Source: Pirellulales bacterium (lineage in GTDB: Bacteria > Planctomycetota > Planctomycetia > Pirellulales > PALSA-1355). From it: a DNA stretch of 64,000 nt. Below the pieces are notes generated by a model. The model did no database searches. It was not told where the DNA came from and saw only the letters and a program-made list of their open reading frames with translations. Where the stretch lies: positions 96,001 to 160,000 of the forward strand of contig CAVTBU010000008.1 of NCBI GenBank assembly GCA_963733035.1. Reading direction: 5' to 3'. Of the stretch, positions 57,606 through 64,000 are shown in pieces. Both the position numbers and the translations under genes were made by a program. How positions within the stretch are numbered: position 1 is the first letter of the stretch; every line of letters starts with the position of its first letter.

Positions 57606-58298
57606 TTAGCCGTAATGCGAATCGATGCCCAGGCGGATTTTGAGCTGCTCGAACTGCTGGCGGAAATGCTCGCTCGAGGAGTGCACATGCTCGGCCTCGG
57701 TGATGAACCGCATCTGGTCGTCGCACGGCACGGCTCGCGATTCGAAGATCTGCTCGTACTCGTCCAACTCGTTGCCGTAGACGATCAATAGCTTGTGCTC
57801 GTCAAACTGCACTTCCTGAGGAATCGACGGATTAAGCACGGCGATGCCCGTGCAGCCGTCGTTCACCAGTAGATCCTCGAAGTCGTAAAGCGTGCTCTTG
57901 AGCACTGGCATGTCAATGTGTTCTCGGTACAGATCCACGTGTCCGCGAGCATTGCGGTCGTGGCTCGTTTCGAGCACCACGTCGACCTCACAGCCCAGCG
58001 GGTCCAGCAGATCCATGAATACTTCAAACAGGTGCTCTTTCGACGCTGCGCTCATCAGCACCGGCACCGTCGAGCGGTTCTCCTCATCACGATAGATATC
58101 GTGACGGTAACCCTGGCTGGGCACGACCTGCAGGTCATACGAGGGCCGCACGGCAGCGGTCAGCGTGAAGTTACCGTACCGCGTCACACCCAGATGCGCT
58201 TCGAGCTCTTCGGAACTCAGCCGATCGAAGCTGCTGGTCGTGTGCGGCGCGACTTCATCGCGGAACACGTTTCGAAAGAATTTCTTCAGGAACCCCAT
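57606..58298 (-). CDS. Acidic hypothetical protein
   Basis: GAGG RBS before MGFLKKFF, strong GC3 coding bias, and LETSH, DGCTG, FDEHK and EHVH motifs. Confidence 0.8.
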   Translation of the reverse strand: MGFLKKFFRNVFRDEVAPHTTSSFDRLSSEELEAHLGVTRYGNFTLTAAVRPSYDLQVVPSQGYRHDIYRDEENRSTVPVLMSAASKEHLFEVFMDLLDPLGCEVDVVLETSHDRNARGHVDLYREHIDMPVLKSTLYDFEDLLVNDGCTGIAVLNPSIPQEVQFDEHKLLIVYGNELDEYEQIFESRAVPCDDQMRFITEAEHVHSSSEHFRQQFEQLKIRLGIDSHYG

Positions 58299-58858
58299 CG
58301 GCGAAACCTCGGTCTGCGGGTCAATTGAGTCGTTGTTCGGTCGTTGTGGTTGGTAAACGGAAAACTCTTCAAGAAAACATAGGTTACGACGCCGACGATG
58401 TTTCGCCGCTGCAGGCCAAGGGGGGACAAGTTTCTGGGATTCGAGTATGCCGCCAGCAAAAACGTCACAATCGTGAGTCCTTGCGACGGGATCCGCCGGC
58501 TCGGCATTGGGGGGGAAAGCCTGCAATTTACGGGGTACGACGAGCTCGATGCGGTGAATACCTCTACTCTAGCACCCGCTGGTCGGCGAGCGCAGGCTCC
58601 GAATTCCGGCAGTCTGGATTCCCACGACTGCCGGTGCCGGCTCTTTAGAACAGGGGGAGTTTGCCTGCGACAAAGTTGACGTGATCGCTGCGTTTGTAGT
58701 AGCCGTCAATCTGCTCGTGTGACATGTTAGGACTTATTCCCCTTTGCCTGGGCCGCGGCGGGTGGAACCGCGACGACCACCACCGGTACAATCACTTAGC
58801 CCGCGCATGTTCGGCACACGTTTCAATCCATATCCGCCTCGGCCTCCGGCGACCAGTG

Positions 58859-60433
58859 ATGACGGAATTTCACGAAGCTTCACCGATTGGACACCTCGCC
58901 CGCCATCGTGCTCTCCGAAAGGCAATGCTTATTGTTTTGGGGATTTCCCTGCTCGGTCTGCCGGCATGCCAGCGTGCGCAAACCGGGCCTCGCTCGGCCG
59001 CCTCAGGTGAATCGAAGTCCGATCCGGCTGAGATAGTCTGGGAGGCCTTTTACTTGCAGGGAACCAAAATCGGTTACGGCCGTACGACCATCGAGCCGGT
59101 CACCAAAGACGGCCGCGAACTGGTGCAGGTCGACTCGCTGAATCACCTCACGATTACAAGGTTCGGCCAGACCAGCGAGCAAGACCTCAAAATGTCGACG
59201 CTCGAAACCCCGCGCGGAGAACTCCTCGACTTCGAGACGTCGGTCAAATTCGGATCCGCACCGACGATCGTTGCCGGCCGTGTTGAGGGAAGGCAACTGG
59301 TCATTACAACTCAAACACAAGGACGCAAGGAGACGAGCCGCCTCGCGTTGCCAAGCGGAACGCGAGGCTTTCGAGCCGTTGAACAATCGCTGGCCGACGA
59401 GCCGATGAAGCCGGGCGAGAAGCGATCCTTCAAAATGCTGATGCCGCTGGTAAACCAAGTGGCCGACGTCGAGCTTTCCGCAGGCGACTTCGAGCAGACT
59501 CTCGTATTGGGCGTCGCAGTCAGGCTGCTTCGCATCGAGAGCACGGCTCGCCTGACCGACGGACAGTCGATGGACACCGACCTCTGGACAAACGAGCGGG
59601 GAGATGTGATCAAGACCCGGGTAGCCGCACTCCAACAGGAGTCTTTTCGTACGACCGCCGAAATCGCCCAGGCGCCGGCCGGTGAGACCGGCCAATTGGA
59701 CCTGGGGCTGGACCTGTTCGTAAAGGTCGAGCCGCCGCTCAAGCAACCGCACGAAACGCGCGAAGTCGTCTACCGCGTTGAACTGGCCGAAGGCGACCCG
59801 GCGAAAGTGTTTGCCGATGGCCCGACCCAAACCGTGAAATCGCTCTCACGCCATGTCGCGGAGGTGACGGTGCGAAGCATGCGCCCCGGCGATCCGTCGG
59901 ACAGCGCCGGAAAAGCTGAGCCGCCGGACTCACAATACATCGGAGCCAACAGCGTGCTCCAACTCGACGATGTGCGGCTTAAGCAGATGGCTGCCGAGGC
60001 CAAGGGAGATGCCAAGCAGCCGAATGAAATCGCCCTGGCGCTCGAGCGCTACGTACATAACGCCGTGAAGGAAAAGAATTTCTCCTCTGGATTTGCCACC
60101 GCCGCGGAAGTGGCGGAAACTCGCTCCGGCGATTGCACCGAACACGCGGTGCTGCTGGCGGCGCTGGCCCGAATTTGCGGCCTGCCGTCGCGCGTGGCCA
60201 TTGGACTGGTATACGTCGACCGGGCCGAAGGCTTCGGCTACCACATGTGGACCGAAGTTTTCCTCGACGGGCGATGGGTTCCACTCGACGGCATCATGGG
60301 CACCGGCGGCACAAGCGCGGCATACCTCAAACTCAATGACTCGAGCTTGGAAGGCGCAAGTGCGTATAGCAGTTTCCTGTCGGTCGCCCAGGTGCTCGGT
60401 CAGCTGAAGATCAGTGTGGTTTCGGCCAAGTAG
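58859..60433 (+). CDS. Transglutaminase-like domain lipoprotein
   Basis: Lipobox LPAC and catalytic triad contexts GDCTEH, YHMWTE and WVPLD. Start uncertain. Confidence 0.88.
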   Translation: MTEFHEASPIGHLARHRALRKAMLIVLGISLLGLPACQRAQTGPRSAASGESKSDPAEIVWEAFYLQGTKIGYGRTTIEPVTKDGRELVQVDSLNHLTITRFGQTSEQDLKMSTLETPRGELLDFETSVKFGSAPTIVAGRVEGRQLVITTQTQGRKETSRLALPSGTRGFRAVEQSLADEPMKPGEKRSFKMLMPLVNQVADVELSAGDFEQTLVLGVAVRLLRIESTARLTDGQSMDTDLWTNERGDVIKTRVAALQQESFRTTAEIAQAPAGETGQLDLGLDLFVKVEPPLKQPHETREVVYRVELAEGDPAKVFADGPTQTVKSLSRHVAEVTVRSMRPGDPSDSAGKAEPPDSQYIGANSVLQLDDVRLKQMAAEAKGDAKQPNEIALALERYVHNAVKEKNFSSGFATAAEVAETRSGDCTEHAVLLAALARICGLPSRVAIGLVYVDRAEGFGYHMWTEVFLDGRWVPLDGIMGTGGTSAAYLKLNDSSLEGASAYSSFLSVAQVLGQLKISVVSAK

Positions 60434-60440
60434 GCTCGCC

Positions 60441-61511
60441 TCACTCGGCCAGATCAAAATCCGCGATGTACAACTGGCTCGAATGATCCGCCGAGCGATT
60501 GCTGGTCCACATCAGCTTCTGGCCGTCGGGCGAAAAGACGGGCAGCACGTCGGCCGCCGGATGATCGGTGATTCGCTCGATCGGGCCAGGCAGGATCTTG
60601 CCGTCCTTCTCTTCGTACTTCATCAACCACAGATCGTAGTTTGGACGCTTGGTCGGATCCGAGTGGTCGGCCCCGGTCCAAATAATGTACGGCTTCGTGG
60701 GATGCCAATAGGGAGCCCAATTGACGCCAATGTTGTCCGTCAGCGCAACGTCGTTCTTGCCGTCGATGCCAATCGCGTGAATCTGCAGCATCTCGGGCCG
60801 TTTGCGGTCGGTGCGATAGATAACCCACTTGCCGTCGGGCGAAATGAACGGGCCGCCGTCATAGCCGGGCTTATTGGTGAGTTGTCGCAGCCCAGAACCG
60901 TCGGAGTTCATCACGTACAAGTCGGCGTCACCATCGCGGTCGCTGCAGAATGCGATCAGCTTGCCATCGGCCGAATAGGCGCCCTCGGCATCGTAGCCCT
61001 TGGCGTTGGTAAGCTGCTTGAGGTTCTTGCCGTCGAGGTCCCCTTCGAAGATGTCCATGTAGGGATCGAAGTCCCAGGAATAACGCCGCCGGCGCCCGCT
61101 CTTGGCGTCCTCCTCTTGCTGCTCGCGCTCCTTCTCCTCGGTCTGCGAAAGTTCGGGGTCGAGGTGGCTGGAGGCAAACAGAATCCGCTTGCCGTCCGGC
61201 GAGAAGTAGCTGCACGTCGTCCGGCCGCGGCCGGTGCTGATCAGTTGCGGCTTGCCGCCGGCCAGCGACTGCTTGTAGATCTGGTAGAAGGGATAGCCCT
61301 GCGGTACCGCCTGATAGACGATCGAGTTGCCGTCCGGCGAGAAGTAACCCTCACCCGCCTTGGTAAATCCGGACGTCAGCTGCTTGATGTTGCTCAGATG
61401 CATCGCCTCCAGCGGACTTTCGGCCGCCGGCTGGGTTTCGTCGGCCAACGTTTGCACGGAAATCAACCACCATGCGGCCAACATGGCGACCAGCGCGCGC
61501 CCACTTGTCAT
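60441..61511 (-). CDS. TolB-like PD40 beta-propeller protein
   Basis: Signal peptide and repeated FSPDG / RQLT / GYD blades. TATAAT at 61632-61637. Confidence 0.88.
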   Translation of the reverse strand: MTSGRALVAMLAAWWLISVQTLADETQPAAESPLEAMHLSNIKQLTSGFTKAGEGYFSPDGNSIVYQAVPQGYPFYQIYKQSLAGGKPQLISTGRGRTTCSYFSPDGKRILFASSHLDPELSQTEEKEREQQEEDAKSGRRRRYSWDFDPYMDIFEGDLDGKNLKQLTNAKGYDAEGAYSADGKLIAFCSDRDGDADLYVMNSDGSGLRQLTNKPGYDGGPFISPDGKWVIYRTDRKRPEMLQIHAIGIDGKNDVALTDNIGVNWAPYWHPTKPYIIWTGADHSDPTKRPNYDLWLMKYEEKDGKILPGPIERITDHPAADVLPVFSPDGQKLMWTSNRSADHSSQLYIADFDLAE

Positions 61512-61787
61512 CTGAAGCTCCTCAGGGTTTGGATCGCGGAATAAACCGCACACTGCGAAAACACAGGTGGGCGTGCCCCTCGCGACTGGCACGAACGCGG
61601 CGGCGCGAAGCGCGGCGGAACCCACTCCAACATTATAGCCGCTCGCTGGACAATGATCAGGCCGCGTGCCGATGGACCTTCCCACTGGGAGTTTCCCATA
61701 TCGGCGCTGCGGGCTAGTATGTCGTTCGGACGATAACCACTGTCTCGTGCCTTTTCCAATGCCCACGTCCCCCGCGAGTCACGTTCG

Positions 61788-62339
61788 ATGAAAATCTACA
61801 CCAAGACCGGCGATCGGGGCGACACGGGCCTGTTCGGCGGGCCACGCGTGAGCAAAGATGCTCCGCGGATCGAAGCCTACGGAACGGTCGACGAACTGAA
61901 CAGCCTGCTCGGCGTGACTCGGTCGCTGTTGCAGACGGGAGCCGTGGACACACTGCTGGAGCAAATTCAGAACGAGTTGTTCTCGCTCGGCGCGCAATTG
62001 GCAACGCCCGATCCCGTAGCCCATCAGATGCAATTGATCGGTCCGCCACAGGTCGCGTCACTCGAGGCGGCCATCGATCGATTCGAAGCAGGATTGGCCC
62101 CGCTGACGCAATTCATCCTGCCTGGCGGCAGCCCGGCGGCCGCGCAACTACATCTGGCGCGCACCGTCTGCCGCCGGGCTGAGCGACGCGTGGTGACACT
62201 GGTGCAAAACGCCAGCGAGCCGGTCGCCGGCGATTTGCTGGTTTATTTGAACCGGCTCAGCGATTTGCTGTTCGTCTTGGCCCGCGAGGTCAACCGCGGC
62301 TCTGGTCGCGGCGATGTTCCCTGGCGAAAGCCTTCATAA
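61788..62339 (+). CDS. pduO: ATP:cob(I)alamin adenosyltransferase (PduO type)
   Basis: KIYTKTGDRG, AYGTVDELNS, FILPGG, ARTVCRRAER and YLNRLSDLLF motifs. Confidence 0.95.
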   Translation: MKIYTKTGDRGDTGLFGGPRVSKDAPRIEAYGTVDELNSLLGVTRSLLQTGAVDTLLEQIQNELFSLGAQLATPDPVAHQMQLIGPPQVASLEAAIDRFEAGLAPLTQFILPGGSPAAAQLHLARTVCRRAERRVVTLVQNASEPVAGDLLVYLNRLSDLLFVLAREVNRGSGRGDVPWRKPS

Positions 62340-62556
62340 CCAGCGTAATTCCCCGTGGCGATTGGCATTCAGCATCTTTACGCGCGGGGGGCGGATCGCT
62401 AGTCTTTCTGCTTGTTGGCATATTGGCGACTGGCCGCCGTTTCTGGATGCGGCCAACGCTACGCGCCTTCTTGTGGGGCTGTTCGGTTGGTTTTAGGCGG
62501 ACCGACTAAATGCCAGGGCGGACTTCTTGGTACTCATCTCGTAAAGGGAGCTTTCG

Positions 62557-63978
62557 ATGAGTGGATTAAGATTGTTGGCAGTAGCGGTATGCGCTGGAGT
62601 TCTGTTGGGCATCGCGTGCGGCGGCGCGTGGGCTCAAGACGAAGTCAAACCGCCAGCCAAGCCAACGCAGGTGGAGGTACCGACACCGGAAGAAGAACCG
62701 ATCCTTAGCCGTGGCGATAACGCTTGGATGCTTGTCTCGTCGGCGCTGGTGTTGATGATGACGGCTCCGGGCCTGGCCATGTTCTACGGGGGACTGGTCC
62801 GCAAGAAGAACGTGCTGAGCGTAATTATGCAGTGCTTCTTCCTGATGGGCCTGATGACGGTGCTGTGGGCCGTCTACGGTTATTCGCTCTCCTTCGGCGG
62901 AACGAACCCCTGGATCGGCGACGACACGTATTTGTTCATGCGCAATGTACAGGCCGAGTGGACCGACGACGGGCCCAAGATCCCGCTCTATTCGACCGGC
63001 ATTCCGATGCTCACCCACATGCTTTTCCAGGGCATGTTTTTCATCATCACGCCGGCACTCATTTGCGGCGCCTTTGCCGAGCGGATGAAATTCAGCGCGA
63101 TGGTGGTGTTTTCCATCCTGTGGGGCACGCTCGTCTACTGCCCGATCGCGCATTGGGTGTGGGGCGGCGGTATCCTGGCTTACAATGTAGAGAATTCGGC
63201 CAATTGGGGTGGCGGCGCCCTCGACTTCGCCGGCGGCACCGTCGTGCACATCAGCTCGGGCGTCTCGGCCCTGGTGTGCGCACTGCTGATCGGCAAGCGA
63301 TTGGGTTACGGCACTGAGGCGATGCCCCCCCACAACTTGTCATACACGGCGTTGGGAGCCGCGCTGCTGTGGGTCGGCTGGTTTGGTTTCAACGCGGGCA
63401 GCGCCTTGGCGGCCGACGGCATCGCCGCGAGCGCATTTGCCGCCACGCATTTTTCGGCGTCTGCCGGTGCGATCACCTGGGCCGGTCTCGAGTGGATCAT
63501 CCGGAGGAAGCCGACCGTTCTGGGCGCATGTTCGGGAGCCGTGGCCGGGCTGGTTTGCATCACACCGGCATCGGGCTACGTGACCGCCATGCCGGCCCTG
63601 GGCATGGGACTGGCAGCCGGAGCCGTTTGCTACTTCGCCTGCACGTCCTTCAAGAGCACCTTCGGCTACGACGACTCGCTGGACGCGTTCGGCGTGCACG
63701 GCGTGGGAGGTACGCTTGGCGCCATCCTGACCGGCGTGTTCGCGACACGAGCCGTGCAGGATCTGAATGGCGGCCAACCGCTCGGGCTCTACGAGGGGGG
63801 CACGCTGCTCAAAGGGCAGCTCGTGGCCACGGCCATCACCTGGGTGGTTGCCGCGGTGGTCACCTTCGTGCTGCTCAAGCTGATTGATGCCACGTTGGGA
63901 CTCCGCGTAGCCACGCAAGATGAGTTGCAAGGCCTGGACCTCAACGAGCACGGCGAGGAAGGCTATATTTTTCTCTAG
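62557..63978 (+). CDS. amtB: Ammonium transporter
   Basis: FYGGLVRKKN, DFAGGTVVH, WFGFNAGS and DDSLDAFGVHG motifs, with an N-terminal signal-like segment. Confidence 0.97.
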   Translation: MSGLRLLAVAVCAGVLLGIACGGAWAQDEVKPPAKPTQVEVPTPEEEPILSRGDNAWMLVSSALVLMMTAPGLAMFYGGLVRKKNVLSVIMQCFFLMGLMTVLWAVYGYSLSFGGTNPWIGDDTYLFMRNVQAEWTDDGPKIPLYSTGIPMLTHMLFQGMFFIITPALICGAFAERMKFSAMVVFSILWGTLVYCPIAHWVWGGGILAYNVENSANWGGGALDFAGGTVVHISSGVSALVCALLIGKRLGYGTEAMPPHNLSYTALGAALLWVGWFGFNAGSALAADGIAASAFAATHFSASAGAITWAGLEWIIRRKPTVLGACSGAVAGLVCITPASGYVTAMPALGMGLAAGAVCYFACTSFKSTFGYDDSLDAFGVHGVGGTLGAILTGVFATRAVQDLNGGQPLGLYEGGTLLKGQLVATAITWVVAAVVTFVLLKLIDATLGLRVATQDELQGLDLNEHGEEGYIFL

Positions 63979-64000
63979 TCTTTCGGCGTCAGGGTTTGAT

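Noticed and set aside
60414..61544. 376-aa + strand ORF
   Set aside because: Antisense shadow of the TolB-like gene.
61660..61715. CCACTG and GGGAAGG-like segments plus a stem upstream of pduO suggesting a cobalamin riboswitch
   Set aside because: The elements are on inconsistent strands, and the AGGGAA..GGTG..ATCC core and AGYCAG..ACC box are missing.
1..64000. Prophage, IS, defence island, tRNA or rRNA
   Set aside because: No integrase, transposase, nuclease-defence or structural-RNA signatures were recognised.

Overview
A GC-rich bacterial chromosomal segment whose gene content points to a planctomycete, probably Pirellulales-like (inference from the DUF1559 prepilin, PEP-CTERM protein, planctomycete-type outer-membrane barrels, membrane Ser/Thr kinases and alpha2-type GlyRS). 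It holds about 60 mostly core genes: nagA, an ECF sigma/anti-sigma pair, uvrB, comEA-like, nadC, rpsU, bioB, leuCD, a fabH-like gene, glyQS, comB, a futalosine menaquinone cluster (ubiD-like, menG, ubiX, mqnP, mqnE), recG, rnhA, priA, nadD, a tolB-like gene, pduO and amtB. I found no rRNA, tRNA, CRISPR array, integrase or transposase. The most unusual signals are: (1) two tandem ~75-80 nt sRNA-like units at 46771-47038 whose hairpin loops are complementary to each other; (2) a UbiD-family protein lacking the catalytic Arg/Glu/Glu motifs at the head of the menaquinone operon; (3) a 49-aa repeat lipoprotein missing from the ORF track that shares an upstream motif with the nearby ECF sigma gene; (4) a Cys-tailed PSP1/RicT-like gene divergent from bioB; (5) an IrrE/ImmA-like miniprotein without HEXXH; (6) three apparent frameshifts that are probably sequencing errors. 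All family assignments come from motif recognition by eye, with no database searches.
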